Assembly (NCBI GenBank): GCA_963514005.1
Contig: OY740813.1
Span: forward strand, 17,174,001 to 17,238,000
Source of the DNA: Raja brachyura
Lineage: Eukaryota
Direction of reading: 5' to 3'
Length of the DNA: 64,000 nt
Position 1 is the stretch's first letter, and the number at the start of each line of letters is the position of its first letter. A program made the position numbers and the translations under genes. Of the stretch, positions 14,358 through 24,986 are shown in pieces. The notes beneath the pieces are model-generated. The model saw only the letters and a program-made list of their open reading frames with translations, had not been told where the DNA came from and did not search any database.

Positions 14358-14650
14358 TAAGTTCATAAGCCATAGGAGCAGAAGTAGGCCATTCAGCCCA
14401 TCGAGTCTAGTCCACCATTCAATCATGACTGATCTATCTTGCCCTCAAAACCCTATTCTCCTGCCTTCTCCCCACAACCCCTGACACCCTTTTACCAATT
14501 AAGTATCTGCCAGTCTCCGCCTTAAAAATACCCAATGACTTGGCCTCCACAGCCGTCTGTGGCAATGAATTCCACAGATTCACCACCATCTAAATAAATT
14601 CCTCCTCATTTCCTTTCCAAAGGTACGTCCTTTTATTTTGAGGCTATACT
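14358..14650 (-). mobile_element. CR1 3' end
   Basis: ATAGGAGCAGAAGTAGGCCATTCAGCCC...GAATTCCACAGATTCACCAC. Confidence 0.85.
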
Positions 14651-15439
14651 CTTCGTGCTCTTCATTTACAGAAGGACTGTGTAGAGAAGTGCATAAGGAT
14701 ACAACCAAAGGTGTTTGAAGGAATATAAAATCGACATCAGGGTTATCCTGTTGTGGTGTGCTAATATTGTTTGAAGATCTGAGATTGGTGTTGAAATATC
14801 AAGAGAAGACATGCCTTATTATTGGTCCAGTAATGGAGTGAAGTGACAGATCGGCCAGTACCTGATATAATAAGTACTGGATTTACAATGCTCGGCCTAA
14901 GTCTACGACTTATTTTAGAGGGAAGCGGATGAGCACTGGTGGTGTCCCTTCCGAACTGCTGGACACATACAGAGTTACTCTATCCAGGATTTTCCTAGTG
15001 CACTTTTATCTCCTTTAAGATCGGTTTCACTCTTATTTAAACCACTTTGCCAGTGATAGTAAAATTGATCTTTTCACATTTTCAAATATAAATGAGATAG
15101 CAGTCATGGTCTCCATTTGAAAGTGGGTGAAGGAGCAAACAGCAGATCCAATGAAGTCGAGAAATGAGGTTTGATTTCACCTCAATCATTACACGAAGCA
15201 ACTTTCGATGAACCTGGTGCACTGATTGTGAGGGGAGTTTGCAAAACCCTCGTTCATGCTGACTTTTGTTGCTTCAGCAATAGTTCCCGTCGACACCTGT
15301 GCACAGTGGTGGTGTTCAGAAAGCACTGAAGATGTCTTTGAACCTAGACCAAATCGGATGATTGACCAAATCGTCTGACGCAAGCGGGCAGATTCGCAAG
15401 CGTAAACTAATATGGTGAGTCCGCAGAGTCCGAGACCCC

Positions 15440-15960
15440 AAATGTTGGATTAATTCCTGGGATGAGGAGTTTGGTGCACTTTGAGATACATTGACCCATA
15501 CATCCCTGGAGTTTACAAGACCAAGGGGTTTCTCATCATGTCCTGTAAGATTCTGAGAGAGGTTGACAAGGTCGATGTTTCATCCAGAGGTGTAGTCACG
15601 TTGCAGAGGTCCAACGAGTTAGGAAAGGGGGTCAGGATCTTCAGATATAGAACCATGATCACAAGACAAGGGGCTTTAGTTTGAGGACAAGAGACTCTAG
15701 ACTCAATTTAAGGAATCAGCAACTTCTGACTGAAATAAGGAGAGGTTTCTTCATGCAAGAGGTTGAAACTAATTGGGATTCTCTACATTCGAAAGACTGT
15801 GAGTCTTCAGTCACTGAGTGTATTTCAGGATAAGGATGGTAGATTTATGGCAACCATTAGCATCAGGAGACATAAGGGTGGGATCAGAAGTTTAACCTGA
15901 GGCACAGAGTCAGCCAAAATCTCTCTGAATGGCAGAGTGGATTACTCCAGCGTCCACTTC
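15440..15960 (+). mobile_element. Old CR1 3' fragment
   Basis: TAATTCCTGGGATGAGG...TCTCTGAATGGCAGAG; degenerate similarity to the other CR1 tails. Confidence 0.65.
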
Positions 15961-16542
15961 CAATGTTCTCAAGTTTACCTTTAGAGGAAAGAGAGTAAAG
16001 GCCACTGAGCCCACCAGGAGCAAATTCTAGTTTCTATTGCAACCCTCAGCTAATGCATGGCTGTGTATTACCAAGAGATTTCTCTTTAGTCAGACATCAA
16101 ATATTCGCAGAGCAATTACTTCCTTCCTTTCCATATTTTTAATGTTTCGTGTTTGTAACTGATCCTACTCATAATCATCCCAATTACTCTGGAGGCTTGC
16201 AATAAATTTTCAACAACATTAAGCAATCTTTAATGTTGAAAGCATGGCACATTGATATATCCTTTCTTGGGCCTTTTTATGATGTTTGAACTCTCTCTGG
16301 TAACTGTGCAGCTTTAGCAGTTCTGCACCTGATGTTTAAGGGGATCTAGGGAGAGTGCATAGAAGATAGGATAGATACATGGGGCAAATGTTGCAAATGT
16401 CAAGTTCCTGCAAAAAATTCTTGACTTAATGTCCTTGCCCATAATATCCATTCTGAACCAGGTGCAAAGTTAAACTAATCTCTTCTGCTGTACATGATCC
16501 ATAACCCCATATTCTCGTCATATCACTGTGCCTAGTTAAAAG

Positions 16543-16974
16543 CAAAGATCCTATAGCGGAGCCCTCTAGTCCAGCGGACGAAGCTGTTGCCGCGGGAGCT
16601 CCGGAAAAACAGGTCACCAACCTGTGACCTGCGAGCTCCCGACGATTTAGTCTACTGGCTCGCGGCCAAACCTCCAAAGCCAGGCCGCCGTCGCCACCGG
16701 GACACAGCTTCAGCCCCTAGTCAGGCCGCTCCGCCGGGACACAGCCTCAGCCCCGAGTTGGGCCGCTCCGCCGGGATACAGCCTCAGCCCCAATTCGGGC
16801 CGCCGCCTCAACCCCGAAGACGGAGGCGGAAGCAAAGATCATATCTTTGGGCGGAAGCAAAATGGCGGAGGTTGGTTGCTGAAATGGGTCCTATAATTAC
16901 CCATGAATCTGCCCATGACCGTACTATGCGTTTTACGTGGGAGTTGGCCATCTTGCTCTGCTATAGGATCTTTG
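16543..16974. mobile_element. Non-autonomous DNA transposon (MITE), probably P-element superfamily (hAT not excluded)
   Basis: 20-bp TIR CAAAGATCCTATAGC(G/A)GAGC. Perfect 8-bp TSD GTTAAAAG (16535-16542, 16975-16982). GC-rich interior with tandem CAGCCTCAGCCCC...GCCGCTCCGCCGGGA units. Sits in a CR1 3' fragment. Confidence 0.9.
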
Positions 16975-17006
16975 GTTAAAAGCCTCTGAAATGCTACCAT
17001 CATATC

Positions 17007-17073
17007 CAGGGTCGGCCTTAGGTGCAGGGTCCAATTGGGAACAATTAGTCTAATTGGCTTAAGGCCGGCCCTG
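17007..17073. mobile_element. 67-bp hAT-type mini-MITE
   Basis: TIR CAGGG(T/C)CGGCCTTA. Perfect 8-bp TSD ATCATATC (16999-17006, 17074-17081). Confidence 0.88.
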
Positions 17074-17967
17074 ATCATATCTACCACCACTGGTAGCGCT
17101 TTCCTGTCACTCACTGCCCTCTGGGTAAAAAAAAACCAGCCCATTTATCTCCTTTTAACTTTTTCCCTCTCACCTTGAAGCTCTGGTCTCTAATCTTTGA
17201 CATTTCCACCCTGGAAAATATACAATTCTGACTGTCTACCCTATCTATGCATCTCATAATTTTATATACTTCTATTAGCATACACATTGTGATATGAACT
17301 TATTAGTTTAATTTGAACCCACTGTGACAGTTAAACCCTTAATATTCAGAGTCTGGGTTCTACTTTCACCCACTTCTGCTCATCTAATCCCCATTCAAAA
17401 GCTCCCCCTTAGATTTGCAAATTCTATTTCCAAAGAGCTGCGGAATATCACTCCTGATATAATCATGTGGGTTATATCCCAGTGAATGTTGGCCTTTAAG
17501 TCCTTGATAATATTAAAATGCAAAAATAGATCATGGGAGTCCAAACAGTAAATAACATTTGTTAACATCTGGCACAAGCGTGGAGAAAATCTCATTTATC
17601 ATTCTGACATTTCAACCTGCAATCAAAGCCCACATGAAAACAGATGGAGGATGAATCAGCTCATGCTGATTCCAACTGCTCAATATGATTAACAATTCTT
17701 TCGTGTCATTCATTGAGATTCATTTTCCGGCCTGCTAGTTGAAGACAATAGCATGGAATTATTTTTTGGAAACATTGGAGGTTGAATCATGAATGCATTC
17801 ATTTTATATTATGAATGCATGAAATACCATAATAGCAACGAAGTTCATCTCGAAACTCCTGGCCCTTGTTCTTGTGGCCTCTATCTGCAACTGGCTTCTA
17901 GACTTCCTCATGGTCAGTCCTCAGTTGGTTCAAATTGGTCATTCCGTTTCCTCCTTGCTCAATGCTG

Positions 17968-18195
17968 GGAGGCACAGTGGCGCAGCAGTAGAGCTACAGC
18001 CTTACAGCGCCAGAGATCTGGGTTCAACCCTGACTACGCGTGCTGACCGTACAGAGTTTGCACGTTCTCCCTGTGTAACCATGTGGGGTTTCTCTGGGTG
18101 GTCCGGTTTCTTCCCACATTCCAAAGACATGCAGGTTTGTAATTGCTTTCTGTGAATTGTCCCTAGTGTGTGGGATAAAACTAGTGTGAATGTAT
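17968..18195 (+). mobile_element. HE1-type SINE 5' part (3' part at 23039-23095, split by DIRS copy A)
   Basis: The halves are colinear with intact copies. Confidence 0.88.
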
Positions 18196-18420
18196 AATAG
18201 TAAGATTAAACGAGAACTTACCAGTTTTAAGTTTGATCTTGATTTTATGAGGAGTTACGATGAGCGATTACGTGAAGAAGGCCATCAGTCGTCATGCGCG
18301 TCAATCTTCAAAGCAGCGGTGTGGGATCACAGATAAGACAAGTTGACCTGAAGATAGTAAGATTGGGAGAACTAGAACTACCAGATGACCTGATAATATG
18401 AGGGTTGGGAGCGGTGGGCA

Positions 18421-18530
18421 CGTAATTGCTCATCGTAACTCCTCATAAAATCAAGATCAAACTTCAAACTGGTAAGTTCACGTTTAATCTTACTATTTTA
18501 CTTTGGAGTCACGTGAGTGACTACGTGAAG
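18421..18530 (-). repeat. DIRS internal complementary region (ICR), the circle-junction template
   Basis: 18421-18497 is the reverse complement of the terminus 18196-18272. 18498-18530 (TTACTTTGGAGTCACGTGAGTGACTACGTGAAG) matches the other terminus. The two parts join as CTTACT-ATT-TTAC. Confidence 0.92.
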
Positions 18531-18722
18531 ATTTCAAAGCTCTGTGATTTCACGCCGGTTCGAGTCCACGCATCACACACTGAATGGATTGACCATGGAT
18601 GAGTGAGAAAAAATTAATGCATTCAGACATAACGTAGTTAGGTAACAATACTGATGCTTTAATGTGAAAAACAAAATGATAGCGACCCTGCCCAACCTGG
18701 GTGGAAACTATAAAACAGAATT

Positions 18723-19680
18723 TTAAATGGTACATGCAAACACCCCCAGTCCGGCAACGGGTTTATTATAAAACCGGTGGAACATCCTTTCATTGGCCCA
18801 TCCTGCAGCCGCTAAAATGTTGTCGAGGGGCATGTCCATAGCCCTTGCTGCCGACGTTGATGCAGCCCTGGTGGAGTGAGATTTGTAAGTGTCAGTATTC
18901 ACACCTGCACCCGCCAGTACCCCCTTTAACCATCTGGAGATGGTTTGTGCTGATACCCTGTGGTTTTTTTTTTGTGGCTTATTAGGACAACTAACTCAGA
19001 GCCTCTGAGGCTCCTCGTGACTTTAATGTACTGGTGCAAGTGTGCGACTACACATAATCGTGGATCTTCGGGGTATGCCAGGAACTCAAGCTTGGGCCCT
19101 GGTATCCCTGGCCTGCTCTGTTTAACTAAATCATAGATGTCGAAGGTTATGGTGTTTACAGTGGTGTTCATGTTGTCCAGTCGCAGCTTGTGCAACGTCT
19201 GGACTCATTGCGCCATTACCAGCGCCATCAGCATGACCACCTTGAGGGTGAGCTTGGTTAAGGATAGTGGGGTGGCTGGGGCCCACTGACGAAGTAGTGT
19301 TAGCACCACGCTAACATCCCATGTGTCCATATACTGTGGCCTGCGGGGTGTAGTGTCGTATATTCCCTTCATGAACCTGGTAATAAGGGGATGTGTTTCC
19401 ACCAGGTGGGGCCCCGTTTCCAACACTAAATATGAGGATAGTGCACTCCTGGCACTGTTGATGTAGCCTAATTTATGGTCATAATATAAAGTTGACAGAA
19501 ACTCCAGTATATCTGTGATGCACACTGTGTCATATGAGATGTTGGAGGCATGACAGTACATCTCCCACTTCTTGATGTGAGAGACATACTGCCTTTGTAT
19601 ACTGTCCCTCCAGGCTGCTGTAATGACATTCACTGTCCGGTCAGCCAGTCCGAGTCCCAGGTATGGTCTCCTCAGAATCT
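18723..19680 (-). pseudogene. DIRS copy A tyrosine recombinase, disrupted
   Basis: SAM-like N-terminus (INSARSALS, HPLITRFMKG). LMALVMAQ*VQTL box I. Manual translation of 18723-18920 gives KSHSTRAASTS...AAAGWANERMFHRFYNKP (HxxR, W, Y). Confidence 0.92.
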
Positions 19681-21600
19681 GCAAACCAATAAATTGATTT
19701 GGCATGTAGTGGGTGGTTGCCCCCCGTTACTGGGTGTACCAGCAGCTCCCTGCTGTTGGGGACAGCCATGAAAGGCTGTGTCATTATTCCCAGGACTAGT
19801 GGGAACCAAGATTGCATAGGCCAATCTGGCACTACCAAAATGCCGGTGACATTGTCTTGCTTTATTTTAGCCAAGCATCGGCTGATGAGGCAAAATGGAG
19901 GAAAAGCATACAAGAACATTCCTCCCCAATGCAGTGTGAACGCATCTACTGCCACTGCACCTGGGTCTGGCTCCCATGAGACATATTTGGGTAACTGGTG
20001 ATTCAATCTGGAGGCAAACAAGTAAATATCTGGCATGCCATATCCGGCAACAATGTCGGTAAACATGACATGATTCAACATCCATTCTGCGTTATCATTG
20101 AATTTCCATGATCTAGTGTCCGCCACCGTATTATATCTACCTGGTAGATAAATAGCCGTGACCCAAATGTTCCTTGCAATACACCAATGCCAAAGAAGGT
20201 TTGGCAATTTGTCACATGATACAGATTTGATTCCACCCATGTGATTGACATACGCCAATGTCAATCTGTTGTCAATCTGTAGTTGAACATGCACATGATG
20301 CATATTGCTGCAATAACCCTTTAAACCATAGAGTGCTCCCAACAACTCTAAGTAGTTAATGCCATATTGCTGTAGTATTAAGGACTCCTGCACATTCCAT
20401 CTGCCCCCGCTACTGGAGATGGTATCTGTTGCTCCCCAGCTCAGGCCACTTGCATCAGTTTGTAATATTACCGATGGTGTATCAATTTAAATTTTCTCAG
20501 AGCAGTGATGTTTATTCGTAGCCTACCAGTGTAATTCTGCCATGGCGTCTGGTGGTAATTGCGTATGTTTCCCGAATTGGCCTGTGTGGGATTTGACAGC
20601 CCGTAACTTTGCACTTTGTAGATTTTGGTAGTGCAAAGGTCTGAAAAGCTGGAAAAGCTGCCACAAGCATGCCAATTACACTTGCTACTTGTCTGATTGT
20701 TGGCTGCTGGTTAGCAATTAGCTTATTGCAGGCTTCCATTAAGTCTGATTGCTTACCACTTGGCAGAGTCACTGACATTTGAATTGAGTTAATTGTGAAC
20801 CCCAGGTAATCAATTACCCTGATTGGAGTCAATTTTGACTTAACTGGATGGATTAGGAATCCCAACCTCTAAAACCTCTCAAACATGAGTTTGGTAGCTG
20901 AAACAGATGATTTAGCTGATTCCTTAGTGTCCCCAATTATTAGAATGTCATCCAAATAAACCATCGCCATGTGATTCTGAGCTCGTAGTAGCCCCAGAAC
21001 TGGTTTTAGTAATTTTGTAAATAGTCTGGGAGCTGAAGTCGGCCCATTAGGCAATGCTTTGAATTGCCACAGCTGCCCCACCCAGTTAAATTTCAAATAT
21101 CTCCTGTGCTCCCTGTGAATGGGTACTGAGTAGTATGCATCTTTTAGATCTATGCATGCCATATTACACCCTTTGGAAACCAGCTGGATGGCTGTGCCAA
21201 AATTATCAATTTTTAAATGTTTATACTGCACATGGATATTGAGTTCCGTAAAGTCTTGGATGATATGACTTCCTCCATCCTTCTTTCGCTTTGGGTAATA
21301 TGTTGGAAACAAATTGGTGTGATTCCTGGTTCGACCTCTGAATCACCCCTTTTGTATGTAAAGCCTGAATTTCAGCTTGTACCTCAAATCTTTCCTGTTG
21401 TGAGAACACATATGTGCGGTTTGGTAAATTTTGTGTGGATGGTGATGAATCAAGAAGGAACTCAACTTTAAACCCTTGTACACTGTGCAGTATGAACGAG
21501 TCTGCTGTGATCCAATTCCATTCATTCAAAAAATGTCGCAATCTCCCCCCAACTTGTGAGTTAGTGATGTGTAAGGTGTTCCACAAGGAACTAGGTTCTC
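19672..21600 (-). pseudogene. DIRS copy A pol: reverse transcriptase, RNase H and adenine-methyltransferase-like domain, disrupted
   Basis: IDLKDAYYSVP, ALPNG-TSAPRLFTK and VYLDDILI (RT). INYLEL, DN and ADTRS (RNase H). DIYLFASRLN...AVDAF...YAFPPF (MT-like). Confidence 0.93.
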
Positions 21601-22820
21601 CTACCTTGGACGTTGCTGCCGGTGTGGTCCTGGCTTCCTTCCTCGTGCCATGGGAAAGAGGTCTGATGGCGGATGCCCCCCCCACATCCGAGCCCCCACT
21701 GGGGCCTATCCCTAAAAATGACCTTGGTGCTTGCAGCTCGAGTCTTCCTCCTGTTCCGGAGCCCCTAGACTGGTTTTGCCTGGTGTTGAAGTCGGCATAG
21801 GGGTGGGCCTGGTGTGAGGAGCCCCTGAGTGTAGTTGGTGCTTGGCTCATGAGGCATATGGTCTTGGGCTCATCATCCAGCTCTGCCCCAAATAGATAAT
21901 TGGCCGGCTGGACGTTGCTGGCTTTGCACAGCACAGCAAATTTGGGTTGAGTGCCGGCCGTATTGGGTTTTTACGCAAACAGGTAATTTCAAAAAGTGCA
22001 TTACAGAGATGCCCCACAGCGTCCTGCTGTGTCTCTGTCAGTGGCCTCCCATCTACGGACCTTGCAAAGGGCCGTTATGCCTGAGGCCAATAATTTTAAA
22101 AAATTGGCGTTTGACCTTCTGGTCTCTTACCCCCACTCAAATATGGCCCCAGATGGCGTGATTGACGGCCGGCACATTGAGGGAGGCACAGTTGGCAGGT
22201 GTGTTGTATCTGCCGGCGGTCTCCTCCATAACCAGGTCCTTGAGCTGATGCGACGCCAGGTAGTTAATAGTGGTGGCCAGCTCTTCATCTAGGGGTGCTC
22301 CGGTAGGAGTAGGAATGGCGAATTTGGATGACAATAGAGGCACTTCGGCCCCATGCCCCCAAGAGTGTTCACCTGATGTGCCTCCCTGCTCTGAGTCAGG
22401 GTAATACTGACTCTATGTACTCCCCTCTCCAGAGAGGGAGACACTTCGCAGCCCTATGAATGGTGCTGCTAGTGCAGGCTCCCATGGAGACCCGGCGTGA
22501 TACTGCTCCCTCCTCTGGAGCAGATCAGTCTGGAGCCACCTCTCCAATAGGTGCTCCATCTGGGAAAGGCGCCCGCAGATGCTTCCCAGTGTTAGAGGGG
22601 ATCCCTCCGGCCCGGACTCGTCTAAGTCTACTGGCCTGGCAGACTTGTGAGTGGCCTTGTGCCCCGGCGGGACTGCCACGGTGCTCTCCTGAAGCACCAA
22701 GTCTGCTGCCACTGGTTCCACAACCAGCGGCCTGGAAGGTGACTCGGACAGTCGCCCGCTACCCGCACCTCCGCGGTCTTCTGTAGCTGGCTTCGCAGAC
22801 CATCTCCTCACCTTCAACAT
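21600..22820 (-). pseudogene. DIRS copy A gag-like ORF1, frameshifted
   Basis: ORF pieces 22413-22820, 22137-22343 and 21221-21934 align by eye with copy B gag (LDEELATTINYLASHQL vs LGEELAASINYLALHQF; VPAVNHAIW vs VPAINHAIW). Confidence 0.8.
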
Positions 22821-24855
22821 GGTAGGTTCTTTCCGCTAGAGAAAACAGAAAACCGAACCCGCCAAAACGACCGCAGAGTAGTTTTGGAAACACTTACCTC
22901 GGTATTTAAAACTTACCGCTGGAAGGATGCAACACGCCTGCCAGCCAGTCGTTGGCGCATGCTTCAGACGTAATGACGCGCATGACGACTGACGGCCTTC
23001 TTCACGTAGTCACTCACGTGGTCGGTGGTCGGTAAAATCACTGGTCGGTGGTAGCCAAAGGGCCTCTCTCCACACTGTACCTCTGAACTAAAAAATGAAA
23101 CTGGTGTTCCTCAAGTTGTGTGCTCAGCCTTTTGCTCTACTCTTTGCGAACCCATGACTGAAAGGTTTGGCATGTCCACAAGGATTCTGTTAAACTGCAG
23201 ATGCTCCATAGAGAGTATTCTGGCACGATACATCTCAGCCGATGTGGCAACTGCTCTGCTCTTGACCACCTGAACCAGTAGAGAGTGGTTCATCACACTC
23301 CAGTCCAATTTTAGTCTCGTCACTCACCTCCATCCAGTCCGTCTCCACAATGCGTTGTTTCAGCAGGGCTGGAAAATATCAAGGATGCCTTCCATCCTGG
23401 CTATTCCCTTTTCTCTCTTCTATCTTCAGGGAGATGATACAGGAGTTTGAAAGACCATTTATCCAGACTAAAGGACAGCTTCTGCCCCACCGCCCTTAGA
23501 CTCCTGGACCAATAATCTCTTTCTCACCCCCTTCCTGGAGCTGCTGCCACGTACTTTTACTGTTAACTCCACCCCATTTGCTTATTCCATTATTGAAGTT
23601 TAGTCCTCAATCTGATGGTCTCGGCCCAAAACGTCACCTATTCCTTTTCTCCATAGAGGCTGTCTGACCCGCTGAGTTACCCCAGCATTTCATGTCTATC
23701 TTCGGTTTAAACCAGTATCTGCACTTCCTTCCTACACATTGTACTTCAGTATTTTTTTACACTTTTCAAATTGCATTGCAATCTTTGCACCATATTGCTG
23801 ATTTGCTCCTGTCATTTATTAATTGCTGTATTTACTCAATGAGCTTTATACAAACAAGGAATATAATTGCACATTTCTCAGTCTTGTGGCCTGTCATTTG
23901 AACATACACACGTATTTATGCAGCATTATTACGTGCCTTACACAAAAAGCTGGAGTAACTCAACCGGTCAGGCAGCATCCCTGAATCTCAGTCTGAAGAA
24001 GGGTTTCGATCCGAAACATCGCCTATTCCTTTTCTGCAGAGGTGCTGCCTGACCCGTTGAGTTACTCCAGCATTTAGTTTCTGCCAGTGGCGTAAACCAG
24101 CATCTGCAGTTCCTTCCTGCTGAATATTACACGACCGACTGCTATAAACCTAATCATTGAATGTAAACAAAATTGTGCTTTACAAAATAGCCCAACAGCC
24201 CAAGGCCCAATTTCTGCAGAATCTGAATCCATGTTTTATTGTCATATATCCAAGATAGATCAATGAAAATCTTACTTGCAGCATACCAAAAAGAAGAATG
24301 TGTAGGAAAGACCGGAACATCGCCCATTCCTCCACTCCAGATATACTACCTGTCCCACTGAGTTACTCCAGCATTTTGTGTCTATCTTCAAAAAAGGAGA
24401 ATGCTCCATCTGCTGCTTAGCGCGGATGTTAATCTTTTTACTTTGTTGATTTGGTGAGAACGCAGTTATGCGAGCGTGTTAATTATTCCATGTCAGTTTT
24501 GTGCCCGTATATCTTTTCTAAGTGCCCCCATTACCCTAGAGCTCTGTTAATATGGGTAGTCAAACAATCTGCTTGCTTTCAACCTTTTGCCATACTAATA
24601 TGATTTCAGTCATATTTTAGCTTCAGAAACATTCTTTAGTAGATTAGAGCCACTATGCTGATCATTTTATCTTTTCTTAATCCCTTTATCTCCAATTACT
24701 CTCAATAGTTGTGTCTGCTTCTACTGTTGGAGCTGAGGGTGGAATCTTCAAAGATAATGACTGCAAATTGTTACCTACAGGGGTTCATCCATCTCAAGAG
24801 CTTTTGCAAGTCAGGAAGGTAAAAACACTTCAGAAAAGAGCTTGAAAATGAGAAG

Positions 24856-24986
24856 TGTGTAAGAAAGAACTGCAGATGCTGGTTTAAACCGAAGATAGAC
24901 ACAAAAAGCTGGAGAAACTCTGTGGGACAGGCAGCATCTCTGGGGAGAAAGAATGGGTGACGTTTCGGGTCGAGACCCTTCTTCAG
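24856..24986 (-). mobile_element. Short Penelope-derived repeat, representative copy (others near 1653, 2466, 5062, 23610, 23940, 24299, 43465, 46908, 51060, 51651, 53705, 56328, 56591, 60950, 61527, 62960, 63728)
   Basis: 12-bp flanking direct repeat GAAAATGAGAAG (24844-24855, 24986-24997). Contains CTGAAGA-AGGGTCTCGACCC-GAAACGTC. Confidence 0.8.

Larger units (their letters stand above)
16425..17275 (-). mobile_element. CR1 3' fragment hosting two MITEs
   Basis: GGWFFFTQRAV motif in ORF 16839-17144. Similar to the reverse complement of 1290-1610. Confidence 0.8.
18196..23038 (-). mobile_element. DIRS-like tyrosine-recombinase retrotransposon, near full length but decayed (copy A), inserted in an HE1 SINE
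   Basis: Gag-like, RT (YLDD), RNase H, methyltransferase-like and YR remnants in order. Inverted terminal repeats at 18269-18303 and 22975-23008. ICR at 18421-18530. AAT at both junctions (18196-18198, 23036-23038). SINE halves rejoin as gtgaatgtat-AAT-cactggtcgg. Confidence 0.96.

Noticed and set aside
18557-18567. B-box-like GGTTCGAGTCC in the DIRS 3' region
   Set aside because: No convincing A box, and the region is deleted in copy B so conservation cannot be tested.
19672-21600. Prokaryotic RT, methylase or integrase system, or contamination
   Set aside because: The domain order, ITR/ICR structure and insertion in a vertebrate SINE are fully explained by a DIRS retrotransposon.
23320-23360. 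CACCTCCATCCAGTCC-like motif upstream of both DIRS copies as a targeting signal
   Set aside because: It also occurs near 14105 with no DIRS, and the distances differ (about 290 bp versus about 10 bp). Probably an old dispersed repeat.
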